Below, piece after piece: positions 1 through 8,057 of a stretch of DNA of 20,000 nt. The position numbers were made by a program, and so were the translations under genes. This DNA is from an uncultured virus (IMG/VR IMGVR_UViG_3300022700_000241). Taxonomy: Duplodnaviria; Heunggongvirae; Uroviricota; Caudoviricetes. Below the pieces are notes generated by a model. It was not told the origin of the DNA. It saw only the letters and a program-made list of their open reading frames with translations, and made no database searches. Each line of letters opens with the position of its first letter. Positions within the stretch are counted from its first letter, which is position 1. The DNA lies in IMG/VR virus record IMGVR_UViG_3300022700_000241. The stretch is one strand, 5' to 3'.

Positions 1-865
1 CAATCTTGTCGGAGTCCTGGTAGCCCTCTCGGGTGGCCTGCATGTCCGAGGAGGTCGGTCCGGTGAAGCTGTCTGCGACCTCCCCGTCGTGCATGTCCTT
101 CGCCTTCTCGTACTTCTCCTCCCGCTCCTCGACGGGGACGAGGGCTTTCTCTGCGTCGCCGCCCGACACGTCCTCGGCCATCTCCCAAAGGCGCGACGTA
201 ACGCCCTTCGCGAGACCGGTGCGGTAGCCGTTCGTCGCCGAGCGGCCTGTCGAGTGCTGCTCAAGTTTCTGCTCCTGGAGCATAATCTTCTCCTCCAACG
301 AGTGTAGCTCCGAGATCCACTCGCTGCGCTCCCCGTAGTCGAGACCGTCGCCCTCCAGGATCTTGTTTACCTCCTCCTTCTCTCGGCGGAGATCGTGGAG
401 CTTCTCTTCGATCTCGCTCTGCTTTTCCTTGCGGGCCTCCTTCCACCGCTCGACAAGCTCTTGGATCTGGCCTTCGATAGACCCGACCATATACCGCGCC
501 AGCTTCACGTCGCGCTTGTGGCCGAACACCTGCCACTCCTGGTGACGGCCCGATCCCGTGCGCGTCATGAGCGCGTAGCAGCCGAGGTAGCGGGTCGTCT
601 TGAAAATGATCTGCTTCTGCCATCCGGGTGTTCGCTTGTACCGGCTCTGGATCGTCACCTCCACGAAGTCCGACCGCTCAAGCTCTCCGCGGGAGATCGA
701 ATGCTTCTCCATCATCTTCCGAGCCATGCGCTCTGCGGTCTCTGCCTCCGCGTCCGAAGAGGTGGACTCGGCCTTCTGGAGCAGCTTCGATATTTTGCGG
801 AGGATCTTGCGCTCCTCCTTCTCGCGCTGGTCGGCCCGGTCGTCGAGATCCTGCTTGCCAAACAT
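1..865 (-). CDS. DUF2786-domain phage protein (3' end runs off the window)
   Basis: Not in the ORF track; translated by hand from the ATG at 865: MFGKQDLDDRADQREKEERKILRKISKLLQKAESTSSDAEAETAERMARKMMEKHSI..., open to base 1. The 'KI.KLL.KAEST...EAE.A...A.K.M.KH.I' pattern resembles DUF2786. Lies directly downstream of module A. Confidence 0.8.
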   Translation of the reverse strand, partial: MFGKQDLDDRADQREKEERKILRKISKLLQKAESTSSDAEAETAERMARKMMEKHSISRGELERSDFVEVTIQSRYKRTPGWQKQIIFKTTRYLGCYALMTRTGSGRHQEWQVFGHKRDVKLARYMVGSIEGQIQELVERWKEARKEKQSEIEEKLHDLRREKEEVNKILEGDGLDYGERSEWISELHSLEEKIMLQEQKLEQHSTGRSATNGYRTGLAKGVTSRLWEMAEDVSGGDAEKALVPVEEREEKYEKAKDMHDGEVADSFTGPTSSDMQATREGYQDSDKI

Positions 866-875
866 GGGGTTGAGT

Positions 876-937
876 CGTGGTTTTTGAGTTGCTATCGATG
901 CACTTATTAAACCGCGTTTAATGACGTGTTGTTCCGG
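876..937 (-). promoter_or_regulatory. Repeated promoter/leader module A
   Basis: Minus strand: GGAACA (935-930), 18-nt spacer containing TTAAA, TTTAAT (911-906), AAGTGCATC, then CAAAAACCACGA upstream of the ATG at 865. Confidence 0.75.
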
Positions 938-950
938 GTCACACCAACAT

Positions 951-985
951 GCAAACGCCCCGCCCCCAGACGGGGAGGCGGGGCG
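951..985 (-). terminator. Probable intrinsic terminator upstream of module A
   Basis: GC stem CGCCCCGCC/GGCGGGGCG (956-985) followed on the minus strand by a weak U tract, TTTGCATGTTGG. Confidence 0.6.
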
Positions 986-1049
986 CGTGCCGGTCTGTCC
1001 CCGGGGTCAACCCATCTTCGGGGACCGGTGGGGGCACTACCGTAGGGCT

Positions 1050-1334
1050 CTATTGAGGATGGTCCGGGAAGGCTGCCGCTTCGGGGTCCCGGTCCGGGGC
1101 CTTTTCGACTTTCGAGGACACCTCGGACAGAAAGTCCTCAAAGGGGCGGTCCGGATCCGCCACGCAGATGACGCCGCGGTAGAAGAGGGCAACCCTTTTC
1201 CCGAGTTGGTCGGCGGTGTGCTGCGCGTCGCTGGCCGCCTGGGCAAATAGCTCTCGCTCGTCGACGACCAGGAGGCGGTCATGGGGCGGGGCCTCCTGTC
1301 GGATGTCGAGTATCGAATCAGTGAGCGTGGGCAT
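1050..1334 (-). CDS. Hypothetical protein
   Basis: ORF 1050..1394; the ATG at 1334 (MPTLTDSILDIRQ) is the more plausible start. Acidic and co-oriented with its neighbours. Confidence 0.6.
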   Translation of the reverse strand: MPTLTDSILDIRQEAPPHDRLLVVDERELFAQAASDAQHTADQLGKRVALFYRGVICVADPDRPFEDFLSEVSSKVEKAPDRDPEAAAFPDHPQ

Positions 1335-1429
1335 GGTCCTGGGGCGGGTTCGTTCGGCGTTTGCGAAGAAGCATGATGATTGCCGCAAGGGCAACCGATA
1401 GGGAGAGAATCGAGATCGGTCCCATGACG

Positions 1430-1783
1430 TTAGGCGTCGGATCGTTGTTTGAGTTCATCGCGAAGGCGCTCAAGCTCCTCGCGCTTGAGGTTCCGCATAA
1501 CCGTCTTGAGGATGGCAGACTCCGGGAGGTCTCCCCCTCCGGCTCCGCTTACGAGAAGGGCCGTTTGGAGGTGCCGCCCCGCGTTGCAGAAGCCGCGGAG
1601 AATCATCGAGAGCAAAGCCATAATCTCGCCCATCTCGGTGGCGGTCACGTCGTTTTCGCGGAGAAACTGACCATCCACCGGGGAGCGCTCGTCCTCGGCC
1701 CGGTCGGCGGCGGCGTTGAGAAGCTCGATGGCGCGGTCGTCGACGAGGTTGTCGGCGGCGCCGGAAGTGTCTTTTGCAGGCAT
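1430..1783 (-). CDS. Hypothetical protein
   Basis: ORF 1430..1861; probable ATG at 1783 (MPAKDTSGAADNL), which avoids overlap with the upstream gene. Confidence 0.65.
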   Translation of the reverse strand: MPAKDTSGAADNLVDDRAIELLNAAADRAEDERSPVDGQFLRENDVTATEMGEIMALLSMILRGFCNAGRHLQTALLVSGAGGGDLPESAILKTVMRNLKREELERLRDELKQRSDA

Positions 1784-1832
1784 AGAAATAGAGGGAGTTT
1801 CTGTTGGGAGGATTGAGGGTGTAGGGATTGAA

Positions 1833-2426
1833 TTACCGAAGGCGAACAAGGCGCATGTCAACAGCCGGAGAGAACTGCTGGCCCGGGTTGTCGGGCCACT
1901 CGGCCTCGTCGGCCTCTCGCATTTCGTAGGGGCCGGTCTCCGCGTGGCAAAGCCAGTCGGAAAGCTCCTCGCCGGTGAAGCTCGCCTCGTCTTCGCCCCA
2001 CTGCGAGACGCGGAGCCCTACGCGAAGGAAAAGCTGCTCATCTTTGTCAGTGAAGCGGGGGACAGAGAGTGTTCGCGCAGGCTCCCCCGCCTTCATTCTC
2101 GCAAACTGGAGCGCGGCAAACAGCGTCGGGTAACCGGAGACGTAGCAGTTTTTCACGTGCTCGTCGAAGTCACCGCGGTGATCCCCGAAGGGGTCGATGA
2201 TCGTACCTGTCGCCTCTTCCATTCGCTCGACGACGCGCTCGTAGTAGGCTTGCGTCGCGGGGGTCAGTCCCGGGAATCCGGAAATTGCGCCGGACCCGAA
2301 GCCCTCGTCCTCGGTCCACCGGCCTTCCGGCTCGGGGCCGTCGACGAAGTTCTCTCGCCAGTCGCGGGCGCGGTCCTGTTCAAGGCGGCGGTCGATGTCG
2401 ATGTCGTTCGATTGGCTCGTAGACAT
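1833..2426 (-). CDS. Hypothetical acidic protein
   Basis: 3' part of ORF 1833..2765. The ATG at 2426 (MSTSQSNDIDIDRR) is preceded by a leader-only copy of the repeat (CCGACCAAAACCACGAT). Confidence 0.7.
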   Translation of the reverse strand: MSTSQSNDIDIDRRLEQDRARDWRENFVDGPEPEGRWTEDEGFGSGAISGFPGLTPATQAYYERVVERMEEATGTIIDPFGDHRGDFDEHVKNCYVSGYPTLFAALQFARMKAGEPARTLSVPRFTDKDEQLFLRVGLRVSQWGEDEASFTGEELSDWLCHAETGPYEMREADEAEWPDNPGQQFSPAVDMRLVRLR

Positions 2427-2469
2427 ATCGTGGTTTTGGTCGGTGATACAACAGAGTGAGAGGGTAGCC

Positions 2470-3144
2470 CTACGCCATCGCTTCGTCGGCGCGCTCGTCT
2501 TCGAGGTAGGGCGGAATGTAGAGCAGCGCACCCTCCTCTCGGAGCATTTCGGCAAGCTGGAGGGTCGTCTTCGGCCCTGCGTGGCGAAACTCATCCCGGA
2601 AGACCGGCTCTTTGACCATCTCGGCCAGCGTCCGAATCGTCGCCGCGGTGCTGGCGGTGTCCTTGACGAGTTCACGGAGCTTAACGGTCGCCCCCTCGCG
2701 GGAATCGATCCACTCGACCGGCTCCATCTGTCCACGGTCCCGCTCCGAGTGGCCGAGAAGGACAAAGCGGGCCTCGCTTGCCGGGACCGACTCTTTGCGA
2801 GCCTCCAGCAGAAGCGGCGGAACTCCGATCTGCCAATCCTCCAGATCCTCGGATTTGGAAGGACCGTTGTTCATCATGAGGCCCCCGGATAAAACGTCGG
2901 AGTGGTAGTAACGGTCAAACTCCACAGCACGCTCGAAGAGGGTCTCTACCAGCTTCTCCCCGGCTTTGGGGAAACCGTCGACCGACTCCACCGCGTCGGT
3001 TTCGAGCACGGGGAATCCGTACATGAACGTGAAGAGAGCCGCGAGATAGGCGCGCTGGTGCTCCGCCGCCTCCGCGTGCTCAAAAATGCGGGCCACGTCG
3101 GACTTTTCGGCCTCGATGACTTCGTAGGAAGGGTCCAAGCTCAT
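2470..3144 (-). CDS. Hypothetical acidic protein (224 aa)
   Basis: ORF track; the ATG lies directly downstream of module B. Confidence 0.75.
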   Translation of the reverse strand: MSLDPSYEVIEAEKSDVARIFEHAEAAEHQRAYLAALFTFMYGFPVLETDAVESVDGFPKAGEKLVETLFERAVEFDRYYHSDVLSGGLMMNNGPSKSEDLEDWQIGVPPLLLEARKESVPASEARFVLLGHSERDRGQMEPVEWIDSREGATVKLRELVKDTASTAATIRTLAEMVKEPVFRDEFRHAGPKTTLQLAEMLREEGALLYIPPYLEDERADEAMA

Positions 3145-3154
3145 TGTCTCAAGG

Positions 3155-3213
3155 GTGTTGGTTTGTAGGAGTGTGATGCACTTATTAAACGCGCTTTAAC
3201 CTGTGCTGTTCCC
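3155..3213 (-). promoter_or_regulatory. Repeated promoter/leader module B
   Basis: GGAACA (3212-3207), 17-nt spacer with TTAAAG, TTTAAT (3189-3184), AAGTGCATC, ACAAACCAACAC. Confidence 0.75.
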
Positions 3214-3228
3214 GGTCCGCCTGTCCAA

Positions 3229-3272
3229 CAAAAAAAGCCCGCCCCGAGCCGGTCAGTGCCGGTGGGGCGGGC
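3229..3272 (-). terminator. Intrinsic terminator
   Basis: GCCCGCCCC/GGGGCGGGC stem followed by T7-GTTGG on the minus strand, about 30 nt after the stop at 3304. Confidence 0.75.
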
Positions 3273-3303
3273 CAGTGCGGAGGGGAACCACGAGAAACCT
3301 CCG

Positions 3304-3627
3304 CTACAGTCCGATATTCCCAGTGTCGTAGGCAAATTCGAGTAGGGTTTTTACCTTTTCTGCGGGGTCGTTCGTATCGACCCGAACCCGAACGAAGGCC
3401 ACCGAGTTGGTCGCGGTATCCTCCGGGGTCTCACGAAGCCGAATGATTGTCGTGTCGCGGCTTCTTTTGGCGAACTTGATGAAGGCGAAGGCGCGCTTGA
3501 AGCTCGGGAACGAGACGTTGAACTCCGCGCGGCTTCCCCGGCACACGTAGACGGTTGCCTCAATGGAGTCGTCATCGCGAATTTCATCGAGGGTGTTGAG
3601 TCGCTTTTTGCTGGTTTTAGTAGCCAT
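3304..3627 (-). CDS. Hypothetical protein (107 aa)
   Basis: ORF track; ATG start MATKTSKK; followed by a terminator. Confidence 0.7.
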   Translation of the reverse strand: MATKTSKKRLNTLDEIRDDDSIEATVYVCRGSRAEFNVSFPSFKRAFAFIKFAKRSRDTTIIRLRETPEDTATNSVAFVRVRVDTNDPAEKVKTLLEFAYDTGNIGL

Positions 3628-3699
3628 AGCAAAGGAGTGATTGTGTCCCCGGGCGCGTCCCGGGGGCCGGTGAAAGGCTTGCTCTCGGTTGGCCTGGAG

Positions 3700-4443
3700 T
3701 TAAGCGTAGGCGCCGGTCCGCTCCGGGCGCGTCCAGATTTCGTAGCTCGTCCGGAACGGGTTGTGTTGACCGCCGGTCGAGAAGATCACGACCTCGAAGC
3801 CCTCCTCCGAAAGCTCCTCGCGCTTCGCCTCGGGGTTTGTCGACGATTCGGTCGAGTGCATCGACTCGGCGTACTCGCCCTCCAGTTCAAAGCCGCGGTC
3901 ACGAAGCGTCTCGCGGTCGTCGATGAGGAAGGCATGTGTCGTCGCGTCCGAGTGGATCAAGGCCTCGATGTAGGGCTCCGGGTCCTCCTGGACGGAGGGG
4001 CGGGTGAACTCGTGGTTGTCGACCATGTGGTAATCGCCCGGCTTGTAGATCATGCCGCCGCGGCGGCTCATGTCGTCGATGTACCGATAGTCCGAGTCCC
4101 AACCGGTCTCCAGGTCCACGTTCTCCGGGAGGTGCTCATCCATGAGCCCTTCGAGGTGCGAGTCGTAGTCTCCGCCGATTATCATCTTGTGGTCCTCGCC
4201 CCAGACCTCCCCAAGGTGGCCGCCGTCGAGAAGAAGCAAGACTGCGCTCACCGGCGAGTGCTCCACGGACTCCACGTCAGTTGAGATGCAGCGCCCTCGG
4301 TGAAACTCGCCCTTCCACGCCAGGGCCTCGCCGCTGGTGGTCGACTTGAGAATCCCCGCGTTCGGCTCGTCGTGCGCCTCGGCAAGCTGGTGGGCCTCGT
4401 CGAGAAGGTCGGTGTCGGTGTTTTTGCTGCGTCGAATTTCCAT
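3700..4443 (-). CDS. Hypothetical acidic phage protein
   Basis: ORF 3700..4479. The real start is probably the ATG at 4443 (MEIRRSKNTD), because 4479 lies inside module C. Confidence 0.75.
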   Translation of the reverse strand: MEIRRSKNTDTDLLDEAHQLAEAHDEPNAGILKSTTSGEALAWKGEFHRGRCISTDVESVEHSPVSAVLLLLDGGHLGEVWGEDHKMIIGGDYDSHLEGLMDEHLPENVDLETGWDSDYRYIDDMSRRGGMIYKPGDYHMVDNHEFTRPSVQEDPEPYIEALIHSDATTHAFLIDDRETLRDRGFELEGEYAESMHSTESSTNPEAKREELSEEGFEVVIFSTGGQHNPFRTSYEIWTRPERTGAYA

Positions 4444-4453
4444 CGTATTGGGA

Positions 4454-4513
4454 GTGGTTTTTGGTTGGTATCGATGCATGTATTATACGCCCTTTAATCG
4501 GAGTTTGTTCCGG
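4454..4513 (-). promoter_or_regulatory. Repeated promoter/leader module C
   Basis: GGAACA (4511-4506), 18-nt spacer with TTAAAG, perfect TATAAT (4487-4482), ACATGCATC, AACCAAAAACCAC. Confidence 0.8.
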
Positions 4514-4526
4514 GCCTCCGATCCAA

Positions 4527-4560
4527 CAAAAATGCCCCCCTCCCTTTCGGGAAAGGGGGC
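4527..4560 (-). terminator. Intrinsic terminator
   Basis: GCCCCC/GGGGGC stem with an inner TCCC/GGGA pair, followed by ATTTTTGTTGG on the minus strand, 20 nt after the stop at 4581. Confidence 0.7.
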
Positions 4561-4580
4561 GGATCCGCGGGCCGTTGTCG

Positions 4581-5078
4581 TTAGGCAGGCTGCGTGCGAC
4601 TGTCAAACGAGTCGCTGTATGAGAAGCTCGGCTCCTCGGCCACGCGCCGCTCGTAATCCCCCCAGAACTCCGCGGTAGGCTCCTGGAAATAATTGCCGTG
4701 AGCGGCGCCGCCGGTCTGGAGGTTCAGCGCCCAGGTGACGTACTTGTCGTTGAAGGAGCAGGCGACGATCCCGATGAAGCCCTCGGTGTGCGTTGCGTCC
4801 AGGACCCGGGCGCCGTTCACAAGTTCATCGCCAGGGTCCGGCATGAGGCGCTTGTAGAGCGCATTTATCGCGCGGCGGACCTCCGGGTCCGTCCTGTCGG
4901 CTGGGGCAAACTCTCCCTCGTTGGGGCAGACGGATCCGTCTCCGTAGACAGGGCCTTCGAGCACCTCCGCGGCGTCGGTAATCACGAGAGCGTTTCCGCC
5001 TTCACGGATAATTGCAGCTACAGGTACGATCAATTCAATTTCCGAGTCGGATCGAACAGGCTTGATGTCGTGAAGCAT
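4581..5078 (-). CDS. Hypothetical protein
   Basis: ORF 4581..5117; probable ATG at 5078 (MLHDIKPVRS). Single-gene unit between module D and a terminator. Confidence 0.75.
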   Translation of the reverse strand: MLHDIKPVRSDSEIELIVPVAAIIREGGNALVITDAAEVLEGPVYGDGSVCPNEGEFAPADRTDPEVRRAINALYKRLMPDPGDELVNGARVLDATHTEGFIGIVACSFNDKYVTWALNLQTGGAAHGNYFQEPTAEFWGDYERRVAEEPSFSYSDSFDSRTQPA

Positions 5079-5090
5079 AGCGCTTTCTAT

Positions 5091-5204
5091 CGTGGTTTTT
5101 GGTTGGTTATGATGCACTTATTGTACGCGCTTTAATCGGGGCTTGTTCCGGGCGCCTGTCATCCCCAGAAATACCAAAACCCCACCCCGGATGCGGGGTG
5201 GGGC
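5091..5204 (-). repeat. Module D (terminator + promoter + leader); 114-bp direct repeat with module E
   Basis: Terminator CCCCACCCCG/CGGGGTGGGG + TTTTGG (5176-5203); GGAACA (5149-5144), 18 nt, TACAAT (5125-5120); AACCAAAAACCACG. Five mismatches versus 6980-7093 by manual alignment. Confidence 0.9.
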
Positions 5205-5237
5205 TGGCAGGCACTCCCAGAAATTGAAGCCTCGGTC

Positions 5238-5693
5238 TTAGAACGGGAGTTCGGGGTCCGCGCCTCCATCGTCGTCGGTGCCGGATTCCGCCTCGACCTC
5301 CCCTTCGGGGTCATCGTTGCTGGAGTTCTCACCGGCGAAGAATCCTGCAAGCTCCAGGTCCGGCCCGGGGGAGCCGCCCCGGTTCTTCAAGACGTGCAGC
5401 ACCCCTTGCCCTTGCTCCAGGTCACCGATCTGCTCTTCACGTCGGCGGTGGAGAAAGATTTCGTGGCCCACTTTCCGTTCGGCTTCGGAGGCTCGGTGTT
5501 CTGGGTGCTCCTGTCCGTCGTAGTGAACGGAGCACTTCTCCCACACGTCGCAAGAGGAGAGAATCCAACCGCTGCCGTTGCAGGCGCAGTCGTCGGGATC
5601 GGGGCGCTCGGCCCCGCGGGTCGAGTGCTCGTGGATCCGCTGGAAGTGATTGTTGTGCCGGTCGCGGCGTCGCTTATCTCGGCGTCGTCGCAT
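5238..5693 (-). CDS. Hypothetical protein with a Cys/His (possible Zn-binding) motif and acidic tail
   Basis: 3' part of ORF 5238..5849; ATG at 5693 (MRRRRDKRRR). Contains CACNGSGWILSSCDVWEKCSVHYDGQEHPE and ends in PELPF. Confidence 0.65.
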   Translation of the reverse strand: MRRRRDKRRRDRHNNHFQRIHEHSTRGAERPDPDDCACNGSGWILSSCDVWEKCSVHYDGQEHPEHRASEAERKVGHEIFLHRRREEQIGDLEQGQGVLHVLKNRGGSPGPDLELAGFFAGENSSNDDPEGEVEAESGTDDDGGADPELPF

Positions 5694-5728
5694 AGCGATA
5701 GGATCGGTTCGTGAGAGGAAGCGAGAAG

Positions 5729-6328
5729 TTACGCGGCCATCGACACATCCTCGCGGTCTCGCCAAGGGCCATCGGGCAAGTCGGGGTGCCGGTAGATGAA
5801 CTCGCCAGCATCGATGTCGACGTTCATCGGGGGCTGCCCGTCGGTCCACCGGGCCACCTGAACGCCGCCAATCTCGTCCAGGTCGATGATGTGCCCACCG
5901 CTCGTGCCCGGAGGGACGAGGATCGGCGCGTGAACCGGCCCGAGCGTGCGGCCCAGGCGCCCCTCTGCCCGGATGCCGCCGGTCTGATCGGGTAGGCTAC
6001 GGAAGAGGCGCACGACGGGGTAGTTGGCGCTGTAGGACGCCTGTGCCCAATCGTGAACCCATGCGCAGAGCGGTGTGAACAGTCCCATCGAGAAGGCCGT
6101 CGGCTTCGCCCGGGCCATCTCCTCGGCGGTCTCCGCCACATCGGTCGTCACCAGGAGCTTATCGGGCATGTCCTCCATTTCGAGGCGCGCGGTGCAGTGG
6201 TACAGGAAGTGTTCTTCCACGTCGAACCCCGAAGGGTCGATGTGGCGCCCTCGCGGGACTTGTTTGAGTTCGGAGATGTCCGCGGGGTCGAGCGTTTTGC
6301 TGTCGGAAGTTGTGCGTGAGGTAGCCAT
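5729..6328 (-). CDS. Hypothetical protein
   Basis: ORF 5729..6454; probable ATG at 6328 (MATSRTTSDSK), preceded by a partial leader repeat (CTGCATCGAATCCAAAACCA). Confidence 0.7.
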   Translation of the reverse strand: MATSRTTSDSKTLDPADISELKQVPRGRHIDPSGFDVEEHFLYHCTARLEMEDMPDKLLVTTDVAETAEEMARAKPTAFSMGLFTPLCAWVHDWAQASYSANYPVVRLFRSLPDQTGGIRAEGRLGRTLGPVHAPILVPPGTSGGHIIDLDEIGGVQVARWTDGQPPMNVDIDAGEFIYRHPDLPDGPWRDREDVSMAA

Positions 6329-6414
6329 AGGAGCGAATGGTTTTGGATTCGATGCAGTCGGAGATGTAGAGGCGGGGCGCCCAGGTCCGGCGCCCCACCG
6401 ATTCGAGCGGCGAC

Positions 6415-6972
6415 TTATCGGCGGTAGAACGTCACCGTGAACGAGTTCTTGCACTCAAGCTCAAAGTAGTTCGATGAGAAAAGCCGGTCCAGATGAAAGG
6501 CGCTCTGCGGACCGGAGTATCTCCCCGATGCCGCGGATCCGATGACGCGACCGGCGCAAAAGTCCAGTGCCCACTCAAACGGGCCGCCCTCCCACATGAC
6601 TTCGGAGCGGTTTTCGTAGTGATCGACCGTGGGCTCGTCGGGAGACAATCCCATGTAGTCGAGGTACTCGGCCAGAGCCTCGGCGGCCTCCTCGGGAGAC
6701 TTCGCGTAGGCAACCTCCTCGCGGAGATTCGATTTCTTTGCTTCGTTGTCGATCTGCACCGAGTCGTAATCGTCCTCGGAGTGGGAAACCGCAAACCCCA
6801 GGGCGCGGCGCTTGTGGCCTTCCCCCTTGAACCGCTCGGTGTGGTCGGTCGCCCAGTCGTCCCCGCTCATCCCGTCGGTCTCGCAGGACATGAGCGACAC
6901 TTCGCTGTAGTGCTCGTAGTGTGTGACGATTGCAGAGTCGGAAAGGTCGGTGCCTTTGGTTTTGGTAGCCAT
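6415..6972 (-). CDS. Hypothetical acidic protein (185 aa)
   Basis: ORF track; MATKTKGTD; directly downstream of module E. Confidence 0.75.
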   Translation of the reverse strand: MATKTKGTDLSDSAIVTHYEHYSEVSLMSCETDGMSGDDWATDHTERFKGEGHKRRALGFAVSHSEDDYDSVQIDNEAKKSNLREEVAYAKSPEEAAEALAEYLDYMGLSPDEPTVDHYENRSEVMWEGGPFEWALDFCAGRVIGSAASGRYSGPQSAFHLDRLFSSNYFELECKNSFTVTFYRR

Positions 6973-6979
6973 ATCAAGT

Positions 6980-7093
6980 CGTGGTTTTTGGTCGGTTATG
7001 ATGCACTTATTGTACGCGCTTTAATCGGCTCTTGTTCCGGGCGCCGGTCATCCCCAAAAATACCAAAACCCCACCCCGGATGCGGGGTGGGGC
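6980..7093 (-). repeat. Module E (terminator + promoter + leader); 114-bp direct repeat with module D
   Basis: Terminator 7065-7092; GGAACA (7038-7033), 18 nt, TACAAT (7014-7009); GACCAAAAACCACG. Confidence 0.9.
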
Positions 7094-7116
7094 GTAAGGG
7101 GTGAGTGGTAGCGGCC

Positions 7117-7914
7117 CTAAACTTCCACGCTTCGCTTGTGAAAGAGCCGCGGGTCCCCCAGAGAGGCGAGCGTTTCCATGTCGGCGAGCACCCACACGTC
7201 CGCGCCGTGCATGTAGAACATCTCCGGGAGCACGGTGTCCCCAGAGTTCACGTAGTCGTACAGGACCGGCCCGCTTCGCCCGTCGCGAACCGTCTCGACG
7301 CCGTGGTAGCCGATAGCATCGGAAAGGGCCATGAGCGTCGCGCGGTACCGGTCGGGAGCGTGGTAGAAGTGATCGGCCTCGATGGTCTCCTCTCCCTCCC
7401 AGACCTTCACCACGTGGCGCAGGTCCTCCAGATCCGGGTCATAGTCCTCGAAGTAGCCGAGAAGATGCCGCGCGTCGAGGGTATCGCCGAGCACTTCGAT
7501 TCCGTCGGTCTCGCGGAGGCTCTCCAGGGCGTCCTCGGCGGTGAGGCTCTCCCTGTACTGGGCAATCTCCTCCTCCATGCGCTCTTCGACTCCCTCTTCA
7601 ATCCCCTCGGACACGCCCTCCTCATAGGCGCGGGTGACTTCCCCGTACTCCCAGTCCTCAAGGTCCAGGCGATTGATCTCGTAGATCGGATGCCCGCTGT
7701 ACTGGCGCCCGTTGTTCTCCGCAAGGTGGGCCTCCTCAAAAATCGCGTCGCGGAGGGGGCGCTGATCGCCGGACTCCTTCCAGCGGTCGGTTAGCTCGTT
7801 CTTTTCGATCTCGCAATTCTTGACCGCTTCGCGGCCCTTGCGCCGCCCGTCAGTTTTGGCGTCTTCCTTGAGTTCGTCGAGGGTGCGGTCGTCAGTTGAC
7901 TTCGCGTTGGTCAT
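7117..7914 (-). CDS. Hypothetical, highly acidic phage protein (265 aa)
   Basis: ORF track; single-gene unit between module F and the module E terminator. The C-terminal 'GYHGVE...YVNSGDT' resembles a motif I recall from uncharacterised phage proteins (unverified). Confidence 0.75.
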   Translation of the reverse strand: MTNAKSTDDRTLDELKEDAKTDGRRKGREAVKNCEIEKNELTDRWKESGDQRPLRDAIFEEAHLAENNGRQYSGHPIYEINRLDLEDWEYGEVTRAYEEGVSEGIEEGVEERMEEEIAQYRESLTAEDALESLRETDGIEVLGDTLDARHLLGYFEDYDPDLEDLRHVVKVWEGEETIEADHFYHAPDRYRATLMALSDAIGYHGVETVRDGRSGPVLYDYVNSGDTVLPEMFYMHGADVWVLADMETLASLGDPRLFHKRSVEV

Positions 7915-7923
7915 GGTTTTGAG

Positions 7924-7984
7924 TCGTGGTTTTTGGTTTCTATCGATGCAGTTATTATATGGGCTTTAATACGTTGTTGTTCCG
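7924..7984 (-). promoter_or_regulatory. Repeated promoter/leader module F
   Basis: GGAACA (7983-7978), 18-nt spacer with TTAAAG, TATAAT (7959-7954), AACTGCATC, AACCAAAAACCACGA. Confidence 0.8.
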
Positions 7985-7997
7985 CGGCCTCTCCCAA

Positions 7998-8031
7998 CAA
8001 AAAACGGGCCAGGGCACGCGGCCCTGACCCG
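7998..8031 (-). terminator. Intrinsic terminator
   Basis: Minus-strand stem CGGGTCAGGGC/GCCCTGGCCCG followed by TTTTTTGTTGG. Confidence 0.75.
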
Positions 8032-8057
8032 AAACCACTCCCGAAAGTCCTTCCGAG

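Noticed and set aside
898..921. Sigma28-type promoter (TAAA-N15-GCCGATAA) or archaeal TATA box reading of the module
   Set aside because: The CGATA part is present in only some copies, whereas a TATAAT-like hexamer at fixed spacing is present in all. The DnaB-like gene points to a bacterial host. This reading is disfavoured rather than excluded.
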